64,000 nucleotides of DNA from Macrostomum lignano. Lineage: Eukaryota. Under the pieces are notes generated by a model, which saw nothing but the letters and a program-made list of their open reading frames with translations, did no database searches and had not been told where the DNA came from. Where the stretch lies: the NCBI GenBank assembly GCA_002269645.1, contig NIVC01002079.1, positions 1-64,000 on the forward strand, read 5' to 3'. Shown here in pieces: positions 48,650 to 61,430 of the stretch. The first letter of the stretch is position 1. The number at the start of each line of letters is the position of its first letter. Both the position numbers and the translations under genes were made by a program.

Positions 48650-49001
48650 GGGTTCTGACTCTGAGCGCGCGCGCCATGGATGAAGGAATAGAAAGGATCG
48701 CTCATCTGAAAGCGAGTCTATGGCCAAGACTTTCTAAAAATTGGGATATTCCCCCATGAATTTCATTGGCTGCTGGAATTTAATAATAGTCCCCACTAAG
48801 TTATTACTGGCTGAAGCTGGTACGCGAGGGAAATTCCAAAGTCACGATTAACGTAAGACATCTACAACTGCTTTCTTCCTCTGGGCCACGACGGTTTAAG
48901 GGAAAGAAATTGGGAAATTCTATTTCCTTGCGGAATAGAATAGAATAGAAAATAGGATCCTATTCCTTCATCCATGGCGCGCGCGCTCAGAGTCAGAACC
49001 C
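48650..49001. mobile_element. 352-bp MITE-like element with perfect 42-bp terminal inverted repeats
   Basis: 48650-48691 is the exact reverse complement of 48960-49001 (GGGTTCTGACTCTGAGCGCGCGCGCCATGGATGAAGGAATAG). There is no clean TSD. Confidence 0.8.
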
Positions 49002-49619
49002 TCTGCTCTCCTTTTCAATCGGGTGTACGAGTCGTACACCATCAGATGAACATTGATTTGTATGGGCTCGCTCGCATTGCGTATTCAGCATCCCAGTGAA
49101 GTATGAGACAGACCAGGCCCATGGGCTAAGGTCTGCGACGCTTCACGCTTGCCCATATTTTCAGCAGGTAAAGGCTGGTGGGAGGTCTGCACCCTCTATT
49201 TGCCGCTGGCAGCCGCAGACCCTCCCACACTGTCTCGCAAGCCGACCAGGGGTACTCGTCCCCGCGTGTGTTCAAGGCAGACCCTAGGCACTTCATTCCT
49301 CTTTGGTTGCTTCGCTTCCCCCTCCGCTGTACAAGGTTAGTCTCGTTTTTCGAGCTGTGTGGGCAGTTTATGGCCGCCCGTTAGCGGAGCCCATCCCACG
49401 CTAAAAATAGCCCGTTAGCGGGGTTCGCCCCACGGTGGGGTGGGCTCCCTTAGCGCGGGCCAGCCCACAATGGTTAGGATATGCCATTGCGGGGCTTTGG
49501 AGAAACAGACGCCAGAACTTGACTGGCATTGGTTTTCAAGATACATGGCACTAATTCAAAAAAGAAAAACTTTTTTCGGCTCCGTGCGTGAGCACTAAAT
49601 GCATTGACCTTGCCAGGGC

Positions 49620-50425
49620 ACTAAAATTGGCGCCCAAAGGCTGAAATTAGCGCCGGCATATTAAAATTGGCGCCAAGAAGTAGCAAGCTGATATATGCTA
49701 CCACTTCTACACCCGTTGGCACATTCCAGCGCTGATTTGGGGATCCTGGCGCCGATTTGGGGATCCAGGCGCCGATTTGGGGATCCTGGCACCAAATTTG
49801 ACTTCCAGCGCCAATTGGAGCTTTCCCGCGCCGATTTGAGCTTTCCCGCGCTGGTTTCAGCATTCCGGCGCTGATTCGGCGATCCTGGCGCCGATTTGGT
49901 GATCCTGGTGCCAAATTTGACTTCCGGCGCCAATTTGAGCTTTCCCACGCCGATTTGAGCTTTCCAGCGCCGATTTGAGCTTTCCCGCGCCGATTTGAGC
50001 TTTCCAGCGCCGATTTGAGCTTTCCAGCGCTGGTTTCAGCATTCCGGCGCTGATTCGGCGATCCTGGCGCCGATCTGGTGATCCTGGCGCCAAATTTGAT
50101 TTCCGGCGCCAATTTGAGCTTTCCCGCGCCGATTTGAGCTTTCCAGCGCCGATTTGAGCTTTCCCACGCCGATTTGAGCTTTCCAGCGCCGATTTGAGCT
50201 TTCCAGCGCCGATTTGAGCTTTCCAGCGCCGATTTGAGCTTTCCCGCGCCGATTTGAGCTTTCCCGCGCCGATTTGAGCTTTCCCGCGCCGATTTGAGCT
50301 TTCCAGCGCCGATTTGAGCTTTCCAGCGCTGGTTTCAGCATTCCGGCGCTGATTCGGCGATCCTGGCGCCGATCTGGTGATCCTGGCGCCAAATTTGACT
50401 TCCGGCGCCAATTTGAGCTTTCCAG
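49620..50425. repeat. Compound 20-bp minisatellite
   Basis: GCGCCGATTTGAGCTTTCCA and GGCGCCGATTTGGGGATCCT units. Confidence 0.93.
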
Positions 50426-51349
50426 CGCTGGTCCGGGCTTTTTGGCATGACTTCAGGGATCAGCGCAGATTTATATCGCCTGAAAAAAAGGTTGAGAACC
50501 GCTGCTTTAATCCGTCCAACCCTCGCACACCGCTCCTCCCCCTTCATTCCTCAACTCAAGTCTGCCGCGTGGCGTAGTTGAGTTGCGTCACTCACAAAGA
50601 TTCAGAAACTTTACCTGCACTCTCAAAAGTGACGACCATAGACTTCTGTGATGGTGACTTTTCGATGTTGCTGAGTATATGCGAAGTTACTACCTTGTTA
50701 TTATAATTGAGTTATGATTTACTTTTACTACTTAATTGTGTAATGCCTTTGTCTTCATCTTTTACTCACTTGATGCACGGTTAGTGATGAGTTATGTTGC
50801 CACACAGAATCGCCCATATCGCTTTTATCGCTTTTTATCACCTTCCTCCAGGTCATTCAGTCATGCTACTCTCGTCCTACCCCCCTCTCTGTATCTCTAC
50901 CTATTGTCCTATCTCGCGATCCTCTCCTTTACAGTATATCACTCTTCTGATATTTCATCACCCTAACCTACAGGAGTAGGGGGGGGGGAGAGATGGGGCG
51001 CATGAGGGCGGGAATCAGAGTTTTCGCAGACGGAAATCTTCATTATGAAGTATACGAATGAATAGGCCTTTAACCCCCCCCCCCAACTAAAACCGCACCT
51101 GCGTGTAATCCCACAAGGTGTAGTATATATAATGTTTGAAAGAATATTTGATGTTTGATGTTTGAATGTCTAAATGTTTGAAAGAATATTTGATGTTTGA
51201 TGTTTGAATGTCTAAATGTTTGAAAGACTGCCAGAAATCATAGAACCGAGAAAAGCTCATTTTTAATCTCAATCCCCGATTCTTAATTCCCTATCCCTGA
51301 TTCCTAATGTTGGAATCCGAATCCCCAATTCTTAATTCCCTATCCTTGA

Positions 51350-53458
51350 TGCCTAATTCCTAAATCACGGCGCAACAAATGGCCGCTGCCAACAAGGAGG
51401 TTCCTTCGGGAGCTACCTTTGCGGCGAAGGCCAAGGCCAAAATCCCGGGAGTGATCATCCAAGGTCGCGACCAGGACTGGACCACTGGTCAGCTTCAAAA
51501 AGTGTGGAGTGCCATTGACTCCTATCTGATTGAGCTGACTGTCGAGGAGGGAATCCCCATCGGCATTGAGCGGATGGTGCTGCGAAGCACATTCGTTCTT
51601 ATTGCTCCTAGCAGTGAGGAGGACGCTCAGCAGCTGCTCCAGCGGCTGCCGACGGTCTCCTTGGATGCTGACCTCGGCGGAGCCCTTTTTCTTCGCGAAG
51701 GCCAGCATCCAAAGACAATACCCTACGTGCTTTTGTCCCTGCAAAGAGCACCGCAGCTGGACCAGACGTTATTCGCCGGGTCCTACTGCGCCTGAATCCC
51801 GACCTCCCTGCTAGTGGACTGGTGTATCACCGCAATGTCCGCAGGGGGGAGACGGGCAAGTCAATTGTCCTCGGCCTTTCCAACGCTTGGGCGAGTCGGT
51901 ACCCTAACGGATCCTTTTTCCAGCTGGGTGCCCTCAGCAAAAGATGCGCCGAGGAAAGTCTGCCAAAGGGAAGGCTACTGCCAACCCCGGCATCTCCGGC
52001 AAGAGCGGGGCGCAGTCTAAGGCCCAAGGAAAGGTGCAAGCCGATCCCAAAGCCAAAGCTGCGTCTCGCCCCTCTGCTAGCAGCAGTTCGGCGACCGCGG
52101 TAACGGCTCCGGCCAAGCCCCGGGAACCGAACCTGCCAGCCGGAGAAGGAGTTGAGGACGAGGCCGGGTCTTCGGAATCCGAGCTCTCCTCGGCCACCAT
52201 TTTGCATGCAGTCAGTTTCTTTAGACAAATAGACACAGTTCACTGGTGGGGTCTGAAGGCAAAGATGCAGATGAGGAAGCTTCCTCCATCCTGTCATCCG
52301 AGCCCGAGGACTCTGCTGGGGGGGGGGCTGGTGGGGGTGAGGAGACCATGGACGTCGACCAACTCCCATCTCCCAGTCAAGCCCCAGCGGCCTGGGACGA
52401 GGACGATTTGCTGTCCAAGTCTCCTTGATGGCCTGGGGCTCTAGCCAGACATTGCATTTAATACAGTATGACTAAGCTCCACGCTGCCAAAGGAGCGACA
52501 TTCGATCTGCAAATAAATTTACAGCATTGCGTATCTGCGTCAGTAAATCTGATGAAGATTGCTGAGCTGTACAGGCCAGGCCTCATCCTGATCCAGGTAC
52601 CCTGAATGCGCAACGGTAAGTTGCCCAACATTCCTTCTGGCTACTCTGACTTTTATGTGTGTGTGGCCCGGGGAACATGCAGTCGCCCTAGAGAGGCTAT
52701 CCTCGCTGCCAGCCATCTCCAGGCTTGGCTGAGGACTGATCTCTCTGATGGAGACCTCTGTGTCATCCAATCTAATCATCTCTCATCTCTAACACAACTC
52801 TAACACAAACCTCATGCTCCGCAACCGCGGTAGCACTCCGGAAACTCCGCGGAAACTCAGGCGGAAGGCCAAAAGCCTTCACCGCCGTGCCATGAAGACC
52901 GGAAACCCGGAGGACATGGGGAGATTTTCTGGCAAGCCTCCCGCAACTTCAAATATGAAGTGCACAAGGCCAAGGAATGTAAATGGCGCCAATTTTGCAA
53001 TGAATTGGAGCAAGACAGACCTACTTCTAGGCTTGTCTAGGCCCTTTTTTATTAGCTTCTAAATGGCCGCTTCTCCAGGCAGCAGGGCAACGCCACCAAC
53101 GCCATCTGCAGTTTCTGTAACTCTGGTGACGAAACCGCTGAGCATTTCGTCAGCATCTGTCCCGCCTTTACGCGAGCCAGACTCACTTACCTCGGGCCAC
53201 ACATTTCTAATACTGAAGCGTGCAAACCTGAAAACTTTAATCAGCTCATGCGCTACCTCCGGGCCACCCGCAGGGCTGAACTCTCCTTTCCAGAGAGCAC
53301 CATAGCTGCTGGCGACACTGAGGGACCTCCCTGGGCGGCGCCAACCCTTCGTCCATAGCGACGCGTCGGCAGTTCAGGGATTAGCGGAATGGGCGTTCGC
53401 GCCTTCCCGCTGTGTCCCCCCGGGACAGCCCTGCAGCTAAGTCAAGTAAGTCAAGATT
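51350..53458 (+). mobile_element. Internally deleted, decayed non-LTR retrotransposon (ORF1 + APE endonuclease + C-terminal zinc knuckle), LOA/I-group-like
   Basis: ORF1-like 51379-; endonuclease start LQINLQHC...LILIQVP* at about 52505; linker LRRKAKSLHRRAMKTG; C-terminus CSFCNSGDETAEHFVSICP like the LINE at 17106; TAAGTCAAGTAAGTCAAG tail. The RT is missing. Confidence 0.8.
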
Positions 53459-54050
53459 TGTATGGACTTTATGCTGTCTTTATCGTTTTTTATCGTTCAA
53501 AAACTTCATTCACTCGTATTGTAACTGTTCTAAAGTTTGATATAATAGTTAGCGCTATTATTTATACATTCCGATAAATTAACCGTATTGCTATTGTTGT
53601 GCAATCGTGCCCTTTCTCGCCCTCCTGCCCCGCCCCAACCCTCCAGTCTGCCCCACCCCTCCAATCAATAATCAATGCGTACGCCGATCACGCCACCCCG
53701 CCCCACCTCCCCTGCTGTACTGTACATTTGTTCTTAAGGTATATTCATGTACGCGTAGGACCAATGAAAAATATATAGTCGCTGTCTGGAGGGCAGACTC
53801 CTCCCTTGCTCGCGTTGGTCCGCCTCCGTTGGCTATTGAATAAAACGACTCGTCGATCTACCATAAAAAGTGCACGGCGAACTGCATCGGCTACGGTGTG
53901 TAAGTTCGTGTTCGCGAGTTACTGTCCTTTTTCTGCTTCTCCCTTAGGGCGCGGGACGGGAGCTCTGACTGGGGACCTGGAATCGCAGCTTCCCGACTGG
54001 TTAAAGCTGTAGGCGTTGCTCCGGAGGACGGGGCTCACAACACTAGAGTC

Positions 54051-54372
54051 CAGGGGCCGCAAAGCCTCTCTATCCGGCCCTCGGGTCCTTTGAAACTTCA
54101 CAATAGCAACCCGAGCCACTCAAGGTTTGTGTCTCTTTTCAGCTCTCTCTTCTCTCTCCTCTCCTCTCCTTTCTCTTCTCGCCCCTCTCCCCTCCCTATC
54201 CTCCCCTCTCTCCCCTCTCTCCCCTCTTCTCTCTTCGTATGTTCTATCTTTTCTCTCATCCCATCTCTCGCATCTCCTCTCTTCTTTCATCTCTATCTTC
54301 TATCTCCTCTCCTTTCAACTCATATCTAGCCCGCAGCCATGAACTAGATTCTAAAAAGTTTGCCGGACCCTT
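54051..54372 (+). mobile_element. hAT-like MITE, copy C
   Basis: Starts CAGGGGCCGCAAA, ends GTTTGCCGGACCC; shares the internal segment and CT tract with copy A. Confidence 0.65.
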
Positions 54373-54618
54373 TGCTATAGAATCTTCGTAAAAATCTTGG
54401 ATCCATCACCAGTACAGTCTGATTGTTACGTAAAGGCACACTATTGAAAAAGACACAGTGATTATATTGCCTGTTGCCGCCAATCGTTGGTATAGTTGAG
54501 ATGCATTGAAATTCTCTTCCCTTTATATTTGAGATCAAAATGGGATTTCATGCGAACACTGTGTTAAACATGAGTTCAGTCCAGTAGCCAGTCCATTGTG
54601 CTGGCTGGGTGATTCAAT

Positions 54619-54938
54619 TCACTTCTCAGGCAGCTGGGGGATCGCAATCCGGACTCGCTCCTCGCTTCCCGCCGAACTGCCGCCCGAAGCTGGTGGTGGT
54701 CCTCCGCCTCCGGGCCGCGGGCCGCTGCCGCCGCCGCCGCCGCCGCTGCCGCCAGGTCCCCTGCTGCCGCCGCCGCTAGGAGCGGCAGGGGCCATCTGGA
54801 GCATGACGGCTGGAATTTGGATCGAGGGATTGTCAGGAAATTGGAACTGCAACAACTACAGGGCTTCATCACAGCTACCTTGGCAACTGGTAACTTACCC
54901 GCAATGACCAGCACAAGAGTGAGCTTGGCGAGTGTCAT
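54619..54938 (-). CDS. Small secreted Gly/Pro-rich peptide (76 aa), 2 exons
   Basis: Exon 54938-54899 (GTAAGT donor) and exon 54809-54619 (CAG acceptor) across an 89-nt intron give MTLAKLTLVLVIAAVMLQMAPA-APSGGGSRGPGGSGGGGGGSGPRPGGGGPPPASGGSSAGSEERVRIAIPQLPEK*. Confidence 0.55.
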
Positions 54939-55334
54939 TTCTTTGCAATTTGACGTTTGCTCTGTTTTGACGTGTCGATAAAATTGTAGGGAGAACTATA
55001 GCTTGACTAAATCCGAAAAATAAAAAACCAAGTGTTATATAGCTCTGCTGCCACTCACGCTTGAGCTGCCATCGATTTTATCAAAACTGGCTCAGCTCCA
55101 GCATGGGAATCCAATTTTAATCTTGCTAAACAGTCGAATGGTTTTAATGCTCGATTAGCATTGCTAATCTGATTTCTGATCAGTTTAACATTATCGGGAG
55201 AAATCAAGCATATAATATTTCATATTTCATAGTTACTTGGGCAAGATTTCTTAGCTTTATGGCTTTAGTATTTTACTATAGGTAGACCTGTTCCACTTCT
55301 GCCTGCTTTGGGGCTGGCTGGCTGGTGTCCATGG

Positions 55335-55942
55335 GGTGTCTACTCTCCTGAGTCTGTGAGTGTCTACTCTCCTGAGTCTGGGGTCTGGGAGTGTCTACTC
55401 TCCTGAGTCTGGGGTGTCTACTCTCCTGAGTCTGGGGTGTCTACTCTCCTGAGTCTGGGGTGTCTACTCTCCTGAGACTGGGGTGTCTACTCTCCTGAGT
55501 CTGGGGTGTCTACTCTCCTGAGTCTGGGGTGTCTACTCTCCTGAGTCTGGGGTCTGGGAGTGTCTACTCTCCTGAGACTGTGAGTGTCTACTCTCCTGAG
55601 TCTGGGGTGTCTACTCTCCTGAGTCTGGGGTCTGGTCTGGAGTGTCTACTCTCCTGAGACTGTGAGTGTCTACTCTCCTGAGTCTGGGGTCTGGGAGTGT
55701 CTACTCTCCTGAGACTGTGAGTGTCTACTCTCCTGAGTCCCGTGAGTGTCTACTCTCCTGAGTCCCGTGAGTGTCTACTCTCCTGAGTCCCGTGAGTGTC
55801 TACTCTCCTGAGTCCCGTGTGTACTCTCCTGAGTCCCGTGTGTACTCTCCTGAGTCCCGTGTGTACTCTCCTGAGTCCCGTGTGTACTCTCCTGAGTCCC
55901 GTGTGTACCCTCCTGAGTCCCGTGAGTGTCTACTCTCCTGAG
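55335..55942. repeat. ~23-25-bp minisatellite
   Basis: GTGTCTACTCTCCTGAGTC(TGGG/CCGTGA) units. Confidence 0.93.
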
Positions 55943-56586
55943 TCCAATTTCCTAAACTAGTTCGCTGCCCAAGTGTGTAATGTTTATGCGTTACAAAAAA
56001 TGCAACACAGAAGCGCATATTGCAGTCATTTACTGAAAATATTATTATGAAATTGCACTCAGAAATGCTCGTTGTACACCGTAGCAAAGATCACCATAAA
56101 GACCCCCAACGGAAATGAGTTCTCATGCCTAAACCTAGCCCCAGGCTAGGGCGTCGGCACCAAAAAACTCACAAAACGAGCGCAACGGGGCAGAGACGCT
56201 GAGCACACAGAGCCGCGTTGGCCGGCTCTCCACTCTCCCCCCGCGCCCTCCGCAGCGGAGAGCCGCTCGGCAGGAAGGCACACAGTAAGCAGGCCTTTCA
56301 CCTCTGACACAGCGGCGGGCAGGAGGCAGGAAAAGCAACTCCGCAGTGGCTTTGCATTCTTTCATGCTGCAGTGCACAATTCAACCAACTCCAAAGATGG
56401 CTGGGGGCACCGACCACCTCTCCCCAGTGAGAGGCCCTTACCAGAGCACCGTTCTCATAAGCTCTGACTTTTTTTTTCTTATCTCTGCACAAACATTCAG
56501 TCGCAATAACTGCAGCAAAAAAAGCTCTCGAAAGACGGCATCAAATTTCGCGGCTCGAAGTTTTCATCGGCACAGGAGAGTCGACC

Positions 56587-59393
56587 ATGCCGCGGCCGCT
56601 GCAGCAGCTGCTGACTTTCATTTGCCTCGCCGCCGCGCTGCGAGAAACCGCCTTCGCTGCTGACTCGGCGAGAGCATCGGGCGGCAGCAAAGGCTCCGGC
56701 ACCCCGGTGTACCCGGTGCTGTGCGATCCGACCACGCAGGGCTGCATCAGGAGTCCCTACGGCTGCCGCAGCGTGCACTGGAGCGGCGCTGCGGCCCTCG
56801 GCTGCGACTTCCTGGCTACATGGCAACGCGCCGAAGACGGAGGCGGCGACATCGAGCTGGCTGTGAGCGGTCGGGTCGGCCTGGACGGCGGCTACATCGC
56901 CGCGGGATTCAAGCCTGGCAGGGGAGGGAGCAGTCAAGGTAAGAAGACCCACTGGCCTGCTCTTCAGAATGAACTTCTGCCCTTCAGAAGGGATGTCTGC
57001 CCTTCAGAACGAACGTCTGCCCTTCAGAAGGGACGTCTGGCCTCCAGAACGAGCGTCTGCCCTCCAGAACGAGCGTCTGTCCTTCAGAAGGGACGTCTGC
57101 CCTTCAGAACGAACGTCCGCCCTTCAGAAGGGACATCTGCCCTTCAGAAGGGACGTCTGCCCTTCAGAACGAACGTCTGCCCTTCAGAATGGACGTCTGC
57201 CCTTCAGAACGAACGTCCGCCCTTCAGAAGGGACATCTGCCCTTCAGAAAGGACGTCCGGCCTTCAGAAAGGATGTCTGGCCTTCAGAAGGGATGTCTGC
57301 CCTTCAGAATGGACGTCTGCCCATCAGAACGGACGTCTGTCCTTCAGAAGAAACGTCTGCCCTTCAGAACGGACGTCTGTCCTTCAGAAGAAACGTCTGC
57401 CGTTCAGAATGGATGTCTGCCCTTCAGAACAAACGTCTGTCCTTTAGAAGGGATGTCTGCCCTTCAGAAAGGATGTATGGCCTTCAGAAGAGATATCTAC
57501 CCTTCAGAAGGGATATCTGCCCTTCAGAAGGGACGTCTGCCCTTCAGAAGGCACTTCTTCCCTTCCTAAATGTTTCTGTTCTCCCAAAGGACGTCTGTCC
57601 TTGCGAATGGGCGTCTGTCTTTCCTACATGTAATAGGTCTGCCCCCCACACGAAGATGTGCCTGCCCTTCTGAAGGGGTGTCTGCCTATCTTTCAGAAGG
57701 ACGTCTATCTAGTCTAGAAGATATATCTGCCCACCTAAAGGATCCCGTTCTCACAAATAACTTCCCGTCCTTCTGAAGAAGGGCCATCAGTCTCCATCAA
57801 CCTCGCTCAATTGTGACCCCGAACCCGACCTTGCAGGCGTCCTGCTGGCCTGCTACAAGACGCCCACCGATTCTGGCGTCCACATGCGGCTGACCTCAGC
57901 CAGCAGCGGTTACTACTTCCTGCAGGCCTCCGAGGCCGACGATGTCAGCCTACTGACCGAGGCCGACAGCGCGCCGAAGTTCGGAGCGGACAGGCCGGAG
58001 CGGGCCGCCTACTTCTGGCCGGTGAGGGGGCAGGGCTACGCCACGCTCGAGTGCCGGGCCCGGCTGCGGCTCCAGCATCCAGCGCTGGACTGGCTTCATC
58101 ATCCGGAGATCCTGGCCCATCCGGTTGGCATGCGACGGCCCGGCCGGAATCCGGTGGAATCGGACGGACTGGCCAAGCCAGACTGGCGCTACACCGGGCC
58201 AGCTCGGACACTTTCGGAGAGTGGAGACTCGGTCGGGCCGGCCAGCACTGGCGGGGCCAAAGCGCACGGCTGTTTGATGGTGTTGGCCTGGGTTCTGTGC
58301 GCCTCCGTCGGCATGCTGTTGGCCAGGTGATTCGCAGGGGAGAAGTCCAAAGATAGAGGATTACACTGCAGTGCCTGTGATCTTTGGGCGCTGTGAGAAA
58401 TTCAATTTAGATCACTGAGTAAAGTAGCCGAATAAAGATTTCAATCGTGCACACGGAAAACATTGAGAGAGGACGGCGCGGCGGGAGCACTCGCGCGGGC
58501 AACCTCGGCGAGAAAACTTCCTACGGGAAATTCTCATAGACCCTCACATAATTGTACCAGAGATTAAGTTCAAAAAATTTTCACTCTACTCGCTAGTAGT
58601 GTAGCAAGCAGTAGTAATCTAGCTCTCACACAGAGGGGTATCGTGCGCCTTCTACAATAAACGCCAATTCAGAGCAGTTCATCAACGCCATCCACCCCAA
58701 AACTGCACCAAACCATGCAGGTACTACAAGACGCAATGGCCATCACGCCTACTTGGCAAAGAGCTGGCCTGGTTCCAGGTGCACCGCGCCCTGATGGCCT
58801 CCTGCTGCATCCTCACACTCATCTCATTCATCGTGATCTTCGCCGATGTCGCGGGCTACAGCGCACTGGATGATCTACCCGACCTGGTCCACCCTGTGCT
58901 TGGCATCATCGTGACCATCTTGACCCTGGCTAACCCGCTCATCTCCCTCTGCCGCTGCCATCCCGATAGCGACAGGCGGCCGTGGTTCAACTGGACCCAC
59001 TGGATAGTGGGCACCATTGCCTACATCCTAGCTGTGATCAACCTGTTTCTCGGCCTGCGCCTGGAGCGCGCCGGAGCTCTTAATACCATCGATTACCACA
59101 TCTGGCTGCTGATCTTCTTCGTGCTACTGCAGTTCGTGATCGAAATCATTCTGGAGATTCACACCCTGTACCATTGGCGCCGGAACAAGCGGCGCTGGCG
59201 CCAGTACCAGCAGGACATGCTAGACTATCAGCAGCAGAGGCAGAAGGACGCCGGCACGCTGCAGAAGCCGCAGGCGCGTCCAACTGAGCCAAAGCCGGCT
59301 GGCTACTGTCTGAGAGCCTTCCTACTGGCGTTGCACGTTGTGGTGGCCACGGCAGTGTCAATCATGCTGGTTGTTGTCATCATCGTGTACTGA
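56587..59393 (+). CDS. DOMON + cytochrome b561 ferric-chelate reductase (FRRS1/SDR2-like), 3 exons, about 504 aa
   Basis: Exons 56587-56938, 57837-58326 and 58721-59393 are in phase (1515 nt). Signal peptide, GYIAAGF DOMON motif, KAHGCLMVLAW, WFQVHRALM, HPVLG and FNWTHWIVG haem-ligand histidines. Confidence 0.9.
56975..57570. repeat. 20-bp intronic minisatellite
   Basis: GCCCTTCAGAAGGGACGTCT units. Confidence 0.93.
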
Positions 59394-59924
59394 TTTTCTT
59401 AGAAAAGAAATCAGGTCTTGGAACACTTGGAAGGCTAATGATGTAGGAAATGATAATTCTGCCTATCTTTTGCATGTTTTGCGTCGTGAAGTCCTTTGAG
59501 ATGTCTTGTAAATTGAATAATATGACGCCCAGAAATAATCCCAGTTTTCAAGGGCTAATTGTAAAACAAATTAGTCATTTGCTACTTCTACCAGTCTACA
59601 TAATGCTAATATGTAAGTTGTTATTCCTCCATTACTTCCTAAATTAAAGTCCACAATAATTTCTTAAACGCATTAACTTTACATGAGAATGCGCATTGCG
59701 TGGTTTGTTTGATGGCGCTGAAATCCACTAATAGCTCGCATTCATACTCGTAACTGCAGGTGCTACTGAAGCCCAGTTTCTGTCGGATTAATCCAACGTG
59801 TACAATGTCCATTCATTATTGCATTGTAGGTAGCGCATGCAGTATAGGCTGAATTCTTTAAATTCCATTTGCATGCGCGAGCTAGTGTAACAAAGTAGTG
59901 TAACAGTGACTGTATGACAGCCTG

Positions 59925-60730
59925 AGGATCTGGGAGGCTGGCCCAGCAACTGACGATCTGGGAGGCTGGCTCAGCAACTGACGATCTGGGAGGCTGGCCC
60001 AGCAACTGACACTCTGGGAGGCTCGCTCAGCAACTGAGGATCTGGGAGGCTGGCCCAGCAACTGACGATCTGGGAGGCTGGCTCAGCAACTGAGGATCTG
60101 GAAAGCTGGCACAGCAACTGAGGATCTGGAAGGCTGGCCCAGCAACTGAGGATCTGGGAGGCTGGAGGCCCAGCAACTAAGGATCTGGGACAGAAACTGA
60201 GGATCTGGAACGCAGGCCCAGCAACTGAGGATCTGGGACACTGGCCAAGCAACTGAGGATCTGGGAGGCTGGCCCAACAACTGAGGATCTGGGACGCTGG
60301 CCCAGCAACTGAGGATCTGGAAGGCTGGCCCAGCAACTGAGGATCTGGGAGGCTGACCCAGAAACTGACGATCTGGGAGGCTGGCCCAGCAACTGAGGAT
60401 CTGGAAGGCTGGCCCAGCAACTGAGGATCTGGGAGGCTGGCCCAGCAACTGAATTACTGGGAGGCTGGCCCAGCAACTGATGATCTGGGAGGCTGGCCCA
60501 GAAACTGAGAATATGGGAGGCTGGCCCAGCAACTGATGATCTGGGAGGCTGGCCCAGCAGCTGATGATCTGGGAGGCTGGCCCAGCAACTGATGATCTGG
60601 GAGGCTGGCCCAGCAACTGAGAATATGGGAGGCTGGCCCAGCAACTGAGGATCTGGGAGGCTGGCCCAGCAACTGAGAATATGGGAGGCTGGCCCAACAA
60701 CTTATGATCTGGGAGGCTGGCCCAGCAACT
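59925..60730. repeat. ~28-bp minisatellite
   Basis: GGAGGCTGGCCCAGCAACTGAGGATCTG units. Confidence 0.95.
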
Positions 60731-61430
60731 CGGATACCAAAACTAGTCAGTCAAAAGAAAGCAGTCAGAAACTCACGAAGGTATTACAATTTTCAGGCGA
60801 AAAGAACTAAAGCCGGTTCGAGTGGAAAACTACGAAAAGAAGCGATAGTCTATTTTTTATTTTCTCTTGTTGCCATTGTTGCGACTTTTCATCAATTATT
60901 ATCTTAGCTGAATTTGTCTGTCAGAGCAGACCATCACTAAAAAATGAGCAGTTTAAGCTATGTTGTTTTCTATCAATTCAGCTGAGAGAGGCGGCTAGAA
61001 TCAGAATGAAAACTAAAGTTTGTTTGTACTTTTGGTCTCTTAACTGCGGACAATCTACGATAAAGGATTGCGTGGACAATATGAGCATGCTTCAGGGTCA
61101 CAACACTATTTTCGAGGGAGGGATGGAGGGATAGAAAACAGATACGAGTATAATAAATTCAGAATTATCTAAGAAACTAAGATTAAACTAAAACTAAAAT
61201 TGGGGTTTGTTATCTAAACAAAGAATTGATGACGCAAGTAATAATAATAATAGTAATAGTAATAATAATGTAAATACTACACATCGGGAGAGTGGGTAGT
61301 TAATTAATTATTCGAATATTATCTGATCCGATATATGTCAGTCTGCTGTCGAGGAGGGAGACTCTATAATGATAGAAAAGTTTTGTCAATTTCTGTGTTG
61401 TTTATCAATTCTGCCGCATTGATCCCGGGC

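Noticed and set aside
53597-53862. Possible solo LTR (TGTTGTG...AATAAA...TCTACCA)
   Set aside because: No target-site duplication, partner LTR or primer-binding site found.
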